A stretch of DNA of 62,199 nt, filler included. It is 4 parts of 4 records of this genome, joined end to end, with 100 filler letters (N's around TTAATTAATTAA, not from the genome) between each part and the next. Parts side by side here need not be neighbours in the genome. Positions count along the whole stretch, not along the records: positions 30,426 to 54,008 come from SRR31156797_6226; positions 54,109 to 62,199 come from SRR31156797_6246; 2 more parts are not named here. One strand, 5' to 3'. The notes under the pieces are model-generated. The model worked only from the letters and a program-made list of their open reading frames with translations. It did not search any database and was not told where the DNA came from. Position numbers and translations under genes: made by a program. How positions within the stretch are numbered: the stretch's first letter is position 1; each line of letters opens with the position of its first letter. Positions 45,495 through 55,750 of this stretch are shown here, one piece after another.

Positions 45495-47153
45495 ATGAAA
45501 ATTGCTATTGCGCAGCATAATTATCATGTAGGTAATATTACCAACAATACTCAAAAGATTATTGAAAGCATAGAGAAGGCAAAATCCCAATCTGCTGACT
45601 TGATTGTTTTTTCTGAACTGGCTGTTTGTGGGTATCCACCACAAGATTTATTGGAACAGAAGGGATTTATAGAATTAGCTCAAAAAGCAATTAATGATAT
45701 CTTATTGCATACCCAAGGTATTACTGCAATTGTTGGGGCACCAAGCATTAATAACGCAGAAGAAGGAAAGCGTTTATATAATTCAGCATATGTACTGCAA
45801 GATGAGCAGATAAAAAAAATAGTGCATAAAAGCTTGCTGCCTACATATGATATTTTCGATGAATACAGGTACTTTGAACCTAATGATATACCTGAAACAG
45901 TTAATATAAACGGGCATATAATTGCGATTACAATTTGTGAAGATTTATGGGACGAACAGCCTGTTGATCAGCCTTTTGCCCAGTCGAGGTTGTATAAGAA
46001 AGCTCCAATGAAAAAGCTGATATCGAATAAGCCGGAGTTAATTATAAATATTGCAGCTTCACCATTTTCATACAATCAGGAAGAGAAGAGAAAAGATATA
46101 TTGAGGCGAAATGCTTATGAGTACCAATTACCATTGATTTATGTGAACCAAACAGGAGCAAATACCGACATTATTTTCGATGGTGCTTCAAAAGTATTAA
46201 ACAGCGATGGAGAGATTGTTTTGCAGTTGAAACGTTTCGAAGATGATTTCCAAATGGTTTCTATGCAACGCATTGAAAAAATGAAGAAGGCAAAACCATA
46301 TGACCACGATAGTCGAATTAAGCAAATCTATGATGCACTGGTGTTAGGAATTCGTGATTATTTTCAAAAGTCGGGATTCCAAAAAGCCGTTTTGGGATTG
46401 TCAGGAGGTATTGATTCTGCATTAGTAGCAGCTATTGCTTCTGAAGCGTTAGGTGGAGAAAATGTAGATGCACTATTAATGCCATCAAAATTTTCATCTG
46501 ATCATTCTATCAAAGATGCCGAACAGCTTGCACAAAAGCTGGGTATGCCATATCATATTGTACCTATTAAAGACATTTATTCCAGTATCAACGATGCTAT
46601 GCAACCCGTCTTCCCGGAAAATAATGAATTTGATGTAACGGAAGAAAATATGCAGGCGCGCTCCAGAGGATTGTTGCTCATGGCTTATTCCAATAAATAT
46701 GGTAATATGCTACTTAATACATCAAATAAAAGTGAAGCTGCTGTGGGTTATTCAACTTTATATGGTGATACAAATGGTGGATTGTCGCCCATAGGTGATG
46801 TATACAAAACAGATGTGTATGAGTTATGCCGTTATATCAATAAGGATGAAGAAATCATACCATGGAATACCATTAATAAGCCACCATCAGCTGAGCTAAG
46901 ACCTGATCAGCAAGATTCTGACAGTTTGCCAGAGTATGATATATTGGATAAAATGCTTTTTGAATTTATTGAGCGTAAACAATCTATTGACGATATTATT
47001 AGACAAGGTTTTAAAAGTAGTGATGTGGAGAAAGTTACTCGTTTAGTAAATATGAGTGAATATAAGCGTTTTCAGTTTCCTCCTATTTTGCGTGTATCTT
47101 CAAAAGCCTTTGGATTAGGACGACGATATCCTATTGTAGCAAAATTTGAATAA
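45495..47153 (+). CDS. nadE: Glutamine-dependent NAD+ synthetase
   Basis: Nitrilase triad (FSEL, K in HKSLLP, ICEDLW) plus synthetase motifs GLSGGIDS, ENMQAR, NKSE..VGYSTLYGD and PPSAELR. Confidence 0.97.
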   Translation: MKIAIAQHNYHVGNITNNTQKIIESIEKAKSQSADLIVFSELAVCGYPPQDLLEQKGFIELAQKAINDILLHTQGITAIVGAPSINNAEEGKRLYNSAYVLQDEQIKKIVHKSLLPTYDIFDEYRYFEPNDIPETVNINGHIIAITICEDLWDEQPVDQPFAQSRLYKKAPMKKLISNKPELIINIAASPFSYNQEEKRKDILRRNAYEYQLPLIYVNQTGANTDIIFDGASKVLNSDGEIVLQLKRFEDDFQMVSMQRIEKMKKAKPYDHDSRIKQIYDALVLGIRDYFQKSGFQKAVLGLSGGIDSALVAAIASEALGGENVDALLMPSKFSSDHSIKDAEQLAQKLGMPYHIVPIKDIYSSINDAMQPVFPENNEFDVTEENMQARSRGLLLMAYSNKYGNMLLNTSNKSEAAVGYSTLYGDTNGGLSPIGDVYKTDVYELCRYINKDEEIIPWNTINKPPSAELRPDQQDSDSLPEYDILDKMLFEFIERKQSIDDIIRQGFKSSDVEKVTRLVNMSEYKRFQFPPILRVSSKAFGLGRRYPIVAKFE

Positions 47154-47170
47154 TATACTTTCATTGTATA

Positions 47171-47197
47171 AGGTTTCAAGTTGAGAACCCGAAACCT
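47171..47197. terminator. Possible hairpin terminator between convergent genes
   Basis: AGGTTTC...GAAACCT inverted repeat between nadE and the sugar transferase. The U-tracts are weak. Confidence 0.35.
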
Positions 47198-47206
47198 GGA
47201 ATTTGT

Positions 47207-48622
47207 TTACTTTCCGGATGCTTCGAAGATAGTTTTGATGGTGTAGATCATGATTTTAAAATCTACATAAAGCGACATGTTTTCAATGTAGATAATATCG
47301 TAACGAAGTCGCTCGATCATTTGATCCACATTTTCAGCATAACCGTATTTAACCTGTCCCAATGAGGTAATTCCGGGTCGCACCCTAAGCAGGTGATTAT
47401 AGTGTGGTGCTCTTTCAACAATTTGATCGATAAAGAATTGACGCTCCGGACGAGGTCCAACAAGTGACATATTACCAACAATTACGTTGTAAAATTGAGG
47501 TAATTCATCCATACGGGTTTTTCGTAAGAATTTCCCTACTGATGTAATTCTGCTATCTGTTTTATTGGATAATTGTGGGCCATCTTTCTCTGCATCAACA
47601 ACCATCGATCGAAATTTAAATATTGTAAATGGTTTTCCAAATCTGCCGATACGTGTATGCGAATAAAAAATGGGACCTTTTGAGTTTGATTTTACTGCTA
47701 TGGCAATTCCTATATAAAGTGGAATTAAAATAGTCATAGCTACAATTGATAGAATAACGTCGAGGAAACGTTTCACATTTTCTTGCCATGGAGGCATTAA
47801 CTCATGCGTTACTTCAAGTAGTGGAATACCATAAAGTGACGTTGTATTCACATTACCGGTTAAAATGTCATATAGATCTGGCTGCATTAAAGTTCTTGTG
47901 TGAAGCAGTTCAAGCTTTGCGATTACACGTTCCAGTTTATCTTTTTCCTGATAGTCTAATGCAATAATAACCTCGTCTATTTTATGTTTTTTTACAATCT
48001 TATTAATCTCATCTAAAGAGCTGCCCAGTTTCGGTAAAAATTCTTCTAAAGGTGGTTTATCCTGAGGTTCAACAGCAATAAAACCGATGAATTTATTCCC
48101 GCTTGATTTAGGTTTGCTATTGAGTTCTGTGATGAGTTTAACCGCTTTTTCCTGTGCACCAATAATCAATGTGCTAAAATATAATTTCCCGTTTCTAATT
48201 TTTTTAATGGTAGAGCTTGTAATGAAAAGTCTGGGGAAATAAGTAATTATTGACTGTAAAGTAAACAGCGTTAAAAAAGAGTTATAGTAGTTTTTGTAAG
48301 AAGTGATATAATCATCAAGAATAAGGATGAAAAATAAAATAACCGAACCAACTAATGTAAGTTTAAAGGTGGCTGCTAACTCCTGCAACCTTGATTTTCG
48401 CATTAAATTTCGATATTCACCAGCAAAATAATACAGACCTACCCAAAACACAGGGATTATAGTTAACCCAAGAAAAAATGTCGTATTGTTTAAAAAATCA
48501 AGGTTATCCAGGTTGTAGTTTTCAACGTATACCTTGCGGTAAGTATAGAATAAACCCCAGCTAATGGCTGCTGCAATAAAGTCTGATACTATATATTTTA
48601 GGGCAAGTATACGTTTATTCAT
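47207..48622 (-). CDS. Undecaprenyl-phosphate sugar phosphotransferase (WcaJ/WbaP-like)
   Basis: N-terminal TMs, a CoA-binding-like domain, and 'KRFLD', 'FKFRSM', 'DELPQFYNV..GNMSLVGPRPER' and 'RPGIT'. Confidence 0.92.
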   Translation of the reverse strand: MNKRILALKYIVSDFIAAAISWGLFYTYRKVYVENYNLDNLDFLNNTTFFLGLTIIPVFWVGLYYFAGEYRNLMRKSRLQELAATFKLTLVGSVILFFILILDDYITSYKNYYNSFLTLFTLQSIITYFPRLFITSSTIKKIRNGKLYFSTLIIGAQEKAVKLITELNSKPKSSGNKFIGFIAVEPQDKPPLEEFLPKLGSSLDEINKIVKKHKIDEVIIALDYQEKDKLERVIAKLELLHTRTLMQPDLYDILTGNVNTTSLYGIPLLEVTHELMPPWQENVKRFLDVILSIVAMTILIPLYIGIAIAVKSNSKGPIFYSHTRIGRFGKPFTIFKFRSMVVDAEKDGPQLSNKTDSRITSVGKFLRKTRMDELPQFYNVIVGNMSLVGPRPERQFFIDQIVERAPHYNHLLRVRPGITSLGQVKYGYAENVDQMIERLRYDIIYIENMSLYVDFKIMIYTIKTIFEASGK

Positions 48623-48623
48623 A

Positions 48624-49478
48624 TTAATTGGAATGAATTAGTTTTATGTTATCAACATAGATATACTGACTTTCATCTTCAAGATTGAATGCACCAATTA
48701 AAAACTGAAAACGGTTAACGTCACCAGGGTATTCTGCAACAAAATTTGTTAGATAAATGTATATGTGTTGCCATTCATCAGTTGTGTTAAACTGGTATAA
48801 TCTATTATTGTATATGACTCCGGTTTCGATGTTTTCAACATTCCAGGCCAATTCAAATGGGATATCGCATTTGTATGATAATTCAAGATATACAGCGCCA
48901 CTAGTAGGTAAATCAAATTTATCGATGGTCTGAACTGTGAAAATAGATTCAACGCCTATCTCAGCAACTCCAACTTTGCCTGTTGATGAATCAGATACGG
49001 TATCTGTTTTTGTGAAATTTTGGGTTAGCGTGTCATATGGTTCCAGCGACAGTGCTATTGTTTCAAAATCTTCATCCCATTGAATGTCAAGACCACTAGT
49101 ATATTCAGTTACAGGATTTATTACAGTAGTTTCTCCCTCCTTAAGGTTTATTTCATCATTTTCCCATATTTCATAAAATGGATAATATCCTCTGGTTACT
49201 GCTATACCATTTACACGAATACCAGGTCGCACAGAAATCTTCACATCTCCATTATATAATACAGGGAAATGTGCCGGCAAATCATATGATCCAACCAAAT
49301 AATCATTTATATAAACCCACGCATCAGTTACGGCACTGGCATCTTCATTTACTACAATATCATTGATTTCAATGTATGCCGGTATTTGTTCATCAGGATT
49401 TATAATATCGCAACCAGCGAATAATAAAATTATACCAACAAAAAATGGAATAATCAATAACTTCTTGGAATTAAGCAT
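48624..49478 (-). CDS. Hypothetical lipoprotein
   Basis: Lipobox FAGC followed by a beta-rich sequence. Tightly linked to the sugar transferase. Confidence 0.7.
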   Translation of the reverse strand: MLNSKKLLIIPFFVGIILLFAGCDIINPDEQIPAYIEINDIVVNEDASAVTDAWVYINDYLVGSYDLPAHFPVLYNGDVKISVRPGIRVNGIAVTRGYYPFYEIWENDEINLKEGETTVINPVTEYTSGLDIQWDEDFETIALSLEPYDTLTQNFTKTDTVSDSSTGKVGVAEIGVESIFTVQTIDKFDLPTSGAVYLELSYKCDIPFELAWNVENIETGVIYNNRLYQFNTTDEWQHIYIYLTNFVAEYPGDVNRFQFLIGAFNLEDESQYIYVDNIKLIHSN

Positions 49479-49567
49479 TTTGTATATTAAGTTAATATTA
49501 ACTAACTGATATATGATGCAAAGAAAATAAAAATAATGGCTTAAATAAGGAAAATAATGAATTTCCT

Positions 49568-50362
49568 TTACTGAAATGATTTCTCTTCTAATTTTTGCAT
49601 CAATTCCGCCACAGCAACACCTTCTGTTAAATCTGCCAGTTGCTTATTTATGTATAACGAATCTAACTGAGCTTTTAATATTTTAGGATCGTTAAAAAAT
49701 TTGTTTAACGGAATGATACTTTCTCTGAGTTGCTGATGATCAATTAGCTGTAACTTGTTTATTTTTTTAGGGTATTTCCCTATCAAGATATTGACTTGTT
49801 GCCCTTTTAAGTTTGTTAAAGACACATTGATGGCTCTTATTTCTTCATATGATTTTATTATGTTGAAATTTGATCTTGTATTGGAGCAGTTCAAGTATAA
49901 ATATGCAAAAAGTAAGTATTTGTATATTTCAGCTTTAGGGTCTATTTGGGCTGAAACTAAACGAATGTATATTTGATTATTGTCATTGGTATTTCCTTCT
50001 ATTTTTGATTGAAGCATCAAGTATGGATTAATATTGAAGGTGACCTTGCAGCCGGCTTCTTCCTGGTAAGCTATACATTTATTAAATGTACTCTTAGAAA
50101 GTGGTGATTGAACATCTAAAAATACATAATTAGCTTTTTTAATGGTGTGATACATCAAAGGTTTGTTTTGAGTAGCATTATGGCCATAAAATATTAGGTC
50201 AGAGTTTTGTACAAGCTCTTCTACTGTCTGAAATCCATTGGGTTTGTCTACATCAATTGTGGATTTTAGAATTGATACACCTGCTTTACCATAAAGCTTT
50301 TTAAGTATATGATATCGTTGTTGAATATCATTCTGATCGCCTATAAATCCTATTGATTGCAT
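49568..50362 (-). CDS. Hypothetical protein, possibly a degenerate Gfo/Idh/MocA Rossmann-fold protein
   Basis: N-terminal 'IGFIG' strand and 'VEELVQNSDLIF' without the full GxGxxG or EKP motifs. Confidence 0.5.
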   Translation of the reverse strand: MQSIGFIGDQNDIQQRYHILKKLYGKAGVSILKSTIDVDKPNGFQTVEELVQNSDLIFYGHNATQNKPLMYHTIKKANYVFLDVQSPLSKSTFNKCIAYQEEAGCKVTFNINPYLMLQSKIEGNTNDNNQIYIRLVSAQIDPKAEIYKYLLFAYLYLNCSNTRSNFNIIKSYEEIRAINVSLTNLKGQQVNILIGKYPKKINKLQLIDHQQLRESIIPLNKFFNDPKILKAQLDSLYINKQLADLTEGVAVAELMQKLEEKSFQ

Positions 50363-50459
50363 ACTATGGAGTCTTTTTGTAAAAAAAAGAATAAAAGTGC
50401 AATCATTAAAGAAAAATTAGAATGAGTTATGAACTTTTAGATGTTAGTTATGAATAGTC

Positions 50460-51449
50460 TTATACGATTCCTTCTCGCAGAATATCATGTAAATGAATCA
50501 TCCCCTTGTATATACCATTTTTAGCCACAGCTAATTGGGTAATGCTATTATCCTCCATAATATTGAAGGCTTTTATTGCCATAGCCTCGGGTTCAATTGT
50601 TTTGGGGTTTTTACTCATTATATCAGTTGCATTGATGGCAGACAAATCTAATTTTTGCTGCATCATTCGCCTTAAGTCACCATCAGTAATAATACCCAAA
50701 ACTTTATTGCCTTTATCAACCACTACTGCAGCACCCAATCTTTTCTCTGATATTTCAAGTATTACATTTTCAATTGAAGTATCCTGCGACACCTTCGGTT
50801 GTGGGTTATTTTTGTAGATATCACTAACCCGCATGTAAAGTTTTTTACCAAGGGCTCCTCCCGGGTGAAAACGCGCAAAATCTTCTTTGCTGAAATCACG
50901 ATATTCAATTAATGCAATGGCCAACGCATCACCTATAACTAACTGAGCTGTTGTGCTGGAAGTTGGGGCCAGGTTGTTGGGGCAAGCTTCTTTTTCGACT
51001 GTGCTTTTTAAGACATAATCAGCGTTTATGCCTAAAAATGAGTCAACTTCAGAAACCATACCGATTAATGTATTTCCACGACTTTTAATTAATGGAACCA
51101 ATACTTTGATTTCTGGTGTATTACCGCTTTTCGAGATGCAAATAACCACATCATGTTCTTGTACAATACCCAAATCACCATGAATAGCATCCGCAGCGTG
51201 CATAAATACGGCAGGTGTTCCGGTTGAGTTCAACGTCGCTACAATTTTATTGGCAATATTGGCACTCTTTCCAATACCGGTAATGATTACACGACCTTCG
51301 GATTTGTATATTAATTCAACAATTTTTGCAAAATCATCATCGATATAATCGGCCAGTTTGCTTATGGCATTGGCTTCATGTATGATAGATTGTTTGGCAA
51401 GGGCAATTATTTTATCTGGAGTACGGTTTGATTGAGTCATTTTATGCAC
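50460..51449 (-). CDS. kdsD: Arabinose-5-phosphate isomerase (KpsF/GutQ; SIS + 2 CBS)
   Basis: TGIGKSA, HGDLG, ISKSGNT, EACPNNLAPTSST, FHPGGALG and the CBS motif 'GIITDGDLRR'. Confidence 0.93.
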   Translation of the reverse strand: MHKMTQSNRTPDKIIALAKQSIIHEANAISKLADYIDDDFAKIVELIYKSEGRVIITGIGKSANIANKIVATLNSTGTPAVFMHAADAIHGDLGIVQEHDVVICISKSGNTPEIKVLVPLIKSRGNTLIGMVSEVDSFLGINADYVLKSTVEKEACPNNLAPTSSTTAQLVIGDALAIALIEYRDFSKEDFARFHPGGALGKKLYMRVSDIYKNNPQPKVSQDTSIENVILEISEKRLGAAVVVDKGNKVLGIITDGDLRRMMQQKLDLSAINATDIMSKNPKTIEPEAMAIKAFNIMEDNSITQLAVAKNGIYKGMIHLHDILREGIV

Positions 51450-51632
51450 AGTTTTTGATTAAAGCATATTGATCAGGCAAAAATAGTAGTTTTATATGTA
51501 TAGTTTATAAAAAACGAAGGTGTTAATCACTAATTACTTGTTTTGGTCCTCTTTTTTTACGAATAATGATAACTATTGTACTGGAATTTTAGTAACTTAG
51601 TGTAAGTAATATATTGAAAAATAGTCTGAAGA

Positions 51633-53822
51633 ATGGATAGAAACTATAATGAATTAAGTGCTGCATTGAAGAAACACTTCGGGTTTAATACTTTCAAAGG
51701 GAATCAGGAAGAAATAATCCAAAATTTACTAAATAATAACGATACATTTGTTTTAATGCCAACCGGTGGTGGTAAATCTTTATGTTATCAATTGCCATCG
51801 TTACTTCAGCCTGGTACAGCAATAGTTATTTCACCGCTAATAGCCCTTATGAAGAATCAGGTTGATGCCATGAGAAATTATGCCGGTGACGACAGTATTG
51901 CACACTTTTTAAACTCATCACTCAATAAAACGGAGATGAATAAGGTGAGGGAAGATGTGTTAAAGGAAAAAACACGCTTACTTTACGTTGCTCCTGAATC
52001 TCTTACTAAAGAGGAGAATATACTTTTTCTGAAAAAAGCGAAAATCCAATTTTTCGCCATTGATGAGGCGCACTGTATCTCAGAATGGGGGCACGATTTT
52101 AGGCCAGAATATAGAAGAATTCGACCAATTGTTGAAGCCATTGGAAGAGCTCCAATTATTGCCTTAACTGCAACAGCCACGCCCAAAGTACAACACGATA
52201 TTCAGAAAAACCTTGGAATGTTAGAAGCAAAGGTTTTTAAATCTTCATTTCGTCGTCATAATTTATATTACGAAGTTCGCCCAAAGAAAAACATCAATAA
52301 ACAAATCATAAAGTTCCTTAGAGATAATCAGGGTAAATCAGGAATAATATATTGTTTGAGCCGTAAGAAAGTTGAGGAGCTGGCTGAAACATTGCGTGTA
52401 AATGGATTTAAAGCATTAGCCTATCATGCGGGTATGGATGCAGCTACAAGAAGTGGTAATCAGGATAAATTTTTGATGGAAGAGGTAGATGTTATTGTGG
52501 CAACCATTGCTTTTGGTATGGGAATCGACAAACCGGATGTGCGGTTTGTGATTCATTATGATATTCCCAAGAGCCTGGAAAGTTATTACCAGGAAACCGG
52601 GCGCGCCGGACGAGATGGTGGCGAAGGGTTGTGCATTTCATTTTATGCCTATAAAGACATTCAAAAGCTGGAGAAATTCATGCAGGGTAAACCTGTAGCC
52701 GAACAGGAAATTGGCAGCCAACTACTCAATGAGGTTGTTACCTATGCTGAATCAGGTGTTTGTCGGGTGCAATTATTATTAAATTATTTTGGTGAAACTT
52801 TGAATGAACCATGCGGTAATTGCGATAACTGCCTTAACCCTAAAGATACTTTTGAAGGCAAAGATTACATCGTTACTGTTATTGAAACCATTCAGAAAAT
52901 CAAGGAAGGTTTCAAAGCAGATTATATGTCGAAATTAATTGCAGGAGAATCTGATTCTGCCATAAAATCCTATAAACATCATAAATCACCATTGTTTGGA
53001 ATTGGAAATGAGCATGATTCTCGTTTCTGGAATGGTATTATCAGACAAGCTTTAATTAAGAAATTACTACATAAAGGAATCGAAAATTATGGATTACTTT
53101 CTGTAACAGAAGAAGGAGAGAAATTCCTTAAGAAACCTTTTTCAGTTACTTTATATAAAGAGCATGAGTTTCCTGAAGGAGAAGATGAAGATGATATAAA
53201 AGTTGCCAGTGGCGGCTCTGCATCAGCTGATCCCGCATTATTTAGCATGCTCAAAGACTTGCGAAAAGAAATAGCTAAAAAACAAGATATTCCACCATTT
53301 GTTATTTTCCAGGACCCTTCATTGCAAGATATGGCTATTCATTATCCTATCTCAATAGAGGAAATGCAAAATATGACTGGTGTAGGACAAGGAAAAGCCA
53401 GACGATATGGTAAAGAGTTTATTGAGCTCATTAAGAAATATGTAGATGAGAATGAGATTGAACGACCCGAAGATATGGTTGTTAAATCAGTAGTAAATAA
53501 ATCGGGCTTGAAAGTATATATCATCCAAAGTATTGACCGAAAAATTCCATTGGACGATATTGCAGCTGCCAAAAACATGGAAATGCGAGACTTAATTAAA
53601 GAGATTGAAGCTATCGTATATTCCGGAACTAAACTCAATATCAACTATTACATCGATCAGGTGATAGATGAAGAACACCAGGAAGATATTTATGCATATT
53701 TCATGGAGGATGCTGAGAATGAGTCTATAAAGGCTGCGCTTAAAGAATTAGGCGAGGACGTTTACAGTGAAGAGGATATACGATTGATGAGGATTAAATT
53801 CTTTGCAGAAGTAGCGAACTAA
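51633..53822 (+). CDS. recQ: ATP-dependent DNA helicase RecQ
   Basis: MPTGGGKSLCYQLP, DEAHCISEWGHDFRP, ALTATA, QETGRAGRDG, Zn site CGNCDNC, and RQC and HRDC domains. Confidence 0.97.
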   Translation: MDRNYNELSAALKKHFGFNTFKGNQEEIIQNLLNNNDTFVLMPTGGGKSLCYQLPSLLQPGTAIVISPLIALMKNQVDAMRNYAGDDSIAHFLNSSLNKTEMNKVREDVLKEKTRLLYVAPESLTKEENILFLKKAKIQFFAIDEAHCISEWGHDFRPEYRRIRPIVEAIGRAPIIALTATATPKVQHDIQKNLGMLEAKVFKSSFRRHNLYYEVRPKKNINKQIIKFLRDNQGKSGIIYCLSRKKVEELAETLRVNGFKALAYHAGMDAATRSGNQDKFLMEEVDVIVATIAFGMGIDKPDVRFVIHYDIPKSLESYYQETGRAGRDGGEGLCISFYAYKDIQKLEKFMQGKPVAEQEIGSQLLNEVVTYAESGVCRVQLLLNYFGETLNEPCGNCDNCLNPKDTFEGKDYIVTVIETIQKIKEGFKADYMSKLIAGESDSAIKSYKHHKSPLFGIGNEHDSRFWNGIIRQALIKKLLHKGIENYGLLSVTEEGEKFLKKPFSVTLYKEHEFPEGEDEDDIKVASGGSASADPALFSMLKDLRKEIAKKQDIPPFVIFQDPSLQDMAIHYPISIEEMQNMTGVGQGKARRYGKEFIELIKKYVDENEIERPEDMVVKSVVNKSGLKVYIIQSIDRKIPLDDIAAAKNMEMRDLIKEIEAIVYSGTKLNINYYIDQVIDEEHQEDIYAYFMEDAENESIKAALKELGEDVYSEEDIRLMRIKFFAEVAN

Positions 53823-54008
53823 TCTCTTAGTCTTTTCAAGAACCTTCCGATAACTGCATTTCGACAAGCTCAATGTATCACGTTACGTTCGCATTTTTTT
53901 CTAAGGCGGATAATACTCATCTGATTTAAAGATAATTTAACAGTCTGTTTTTATTCTTGTAGAAATGAAGCGTTGAATTTCTAGGGATCGACCTTAGCAA
54001 TTTTAGCG

Positions 54009-54108
54009 NNNNNNNNNNNNNNNNNNNNNNNNNNNNNNNNNNNNNNNNNNNNTTAATTAATTAANNNNNNNNNNNNNNNNNNNNNNNNNNNNNNNNNNNN
54101 NNNNNNNN
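54009..54108. other. Artificial contig linker
   Basis: 44 N + TTAATTAATTAA + 44 N. Confidence 0.99.
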
Positions 54109-55300
54109 CGTTCATGATAAAATTGGTCATCATCATGATGAAAAAGGCAATGCTCATGACAAAAACAAACCAATGGGATTCCTTGAATATAGCCAGCCAG
54201 TTGATGGCCAGCCATTCTGCCGCCCCTGTTTCCCAGAGGCAGAATCCGATACTCATGGCACCGCCGAAAAGCAGCATGATATTCCAGGGCACTGTTTCAA
54301 GATCTTTTATATCCAGCAGACGGAAGACAAAAAACAGGATGGTGGACACCAGGATGATGCCGTTTTTATCGAGAGCGTCTAAGGCAGGAATAAATTGTTT
54401 AATGGACATGATAAAAATGCAGGAAAAAATAATAACGCCGGCTATAATCTCATCCCGGGTGATCTTGCCCATGGCCTTATTTAGTTTTTTTGCTTTTTCC
54501 CGAAGTCCAGGGATGGTCTTTTGTTCCGGCTTGAAAAACACCATGAAAAATCCCCACAAAATAAAAGTCATGGCCCATCCAATGGGAAACATATAAAAGG
54601 TCAGCTCAAAAAAACTGACATCCCGGCCTACGATGTCTGAATAAAACCCCAGAGCAACGGCACCCCTGGCAGCCCCTAACAAAGTAACAATACTGCCTGC
54701 ACCGGCAACAAAGGCCATTCCCATGAATAGCCCCTTCCCGAATTTACTGGGTTTGTCATCCTCGGAATACATGGCATAGATGGTCATGAGCAAAGGAAAC
54801 ATGGTTGCCGCCACTGCCGTGTGAGCCATGATATGGGTGAGGGCGGCTGTTACCACAAAACAGCCCAGATAGATCATGCTTGTTTTTTCCCCCACTATGA
54901 TCAGCATTTTATATGCAAGCCGTTTGGTAAGGCCTGTCTTGGTAAACACCATACCAATGACAAGGGAGGCAAAAATAAAGAGCACCGAGGGGGTCATGAA
55001 GTCTGTGAAGGCTTTGGATGCCGGCCGGATCATGAATAACACCTGCAATACGCCGATGGTAAGGCTGGTCACACCGATGGGAACCACTTCAAAAATCCAC
55101 CAGGTTCCAGCCAGAAGAAAGACCGCCAGGGCTCCCTTTGCTTGCTGGCTGAGGATAAAATGTTTGCCGCTGGGATCAACGGCATCGGGCCAGGGCGGAG
55201 AAAAGTTTACAACTGCGAACAGGATAACGCCTGTCAGCAGAAACAAGATTCGTTTCCAGTCAATCTGAGTTTTATGAAGATCAATGCTTTGAGTAGTCAT
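54109..55300 (-). CDS. SLC13/DASS family anion:sodium symporter, 3'-truncated by the contig end
   Basis: 'WWIFEVVPIGVT', 'TGLTKRLA', 'MAHTAVAATMFP' and 'VPWNIMLLFGGAMSIG'. The frame runs into the linker. Confidence 0.88.
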
Positions 55301-55321
55301 TATTATTTTTAGCTCCTGTAA

Positions 55322-55750
55322 TTACCAGCCCCGGGTCCGTAGAATGTTGTTTATTTCAGCCTGACGAATACGTTCTTCATGGGCATGTTTATGGTCATGT
55401 GCCTGTTTGATTTTGTCTGCGAGACGGTCAGTTTCCGTGGGTTTGATCAAAAAATCAAAGGCTCCGAGCTTCATCCCCTGGATCGCATTCTCCACGGTTG
55501 CTTCTCCTGTCAGCATGATCACCGGCACCAGGGGGGTTGCTGCTTTTATTGTTTTTAGGGCGTCAATGCCGCTTATTTCAGGCATCTGGACGTCCAGAAT
55601 GATAACATCAAAATGAATTTTCTCCGCTATTTCAATGGCCGCACCGCCTGACTCTACGGTGGTCACATCAAAATCTCTCATTTCAAGCCGTTGGGCCAGG
55701 GTTTCGATGAATTCTTTTTCATCGTCCGCGATCAATACTTTTATTTTCAT
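55322..55750 (-). CDS. Stand-alone response regulator receiver
   Basis: ADDE, LDVQMP (phospho-Asp), MLTG and FLIKP. Confidence 0.9.
   Translation of the reverse strand: MKIKVLIADDEKEFIETLAQRLEMRDFDVTTVESGGAAIEIAEKIHFDVIILDVQMPEISGIDALKTIKAATPLVPVIMLTGEATVENAIQGMKLGAFDFLIKPTETDRLADKIKQAHDHKHAHEERIRQAEINNILRTRGW

Noticed and set aside
54053-54108. ORF-track extension of the DASS gene through Ns ending in 'LIN*'
   Set aside because: The stop is supplied by the linker. The real gene is truncated at 54109.
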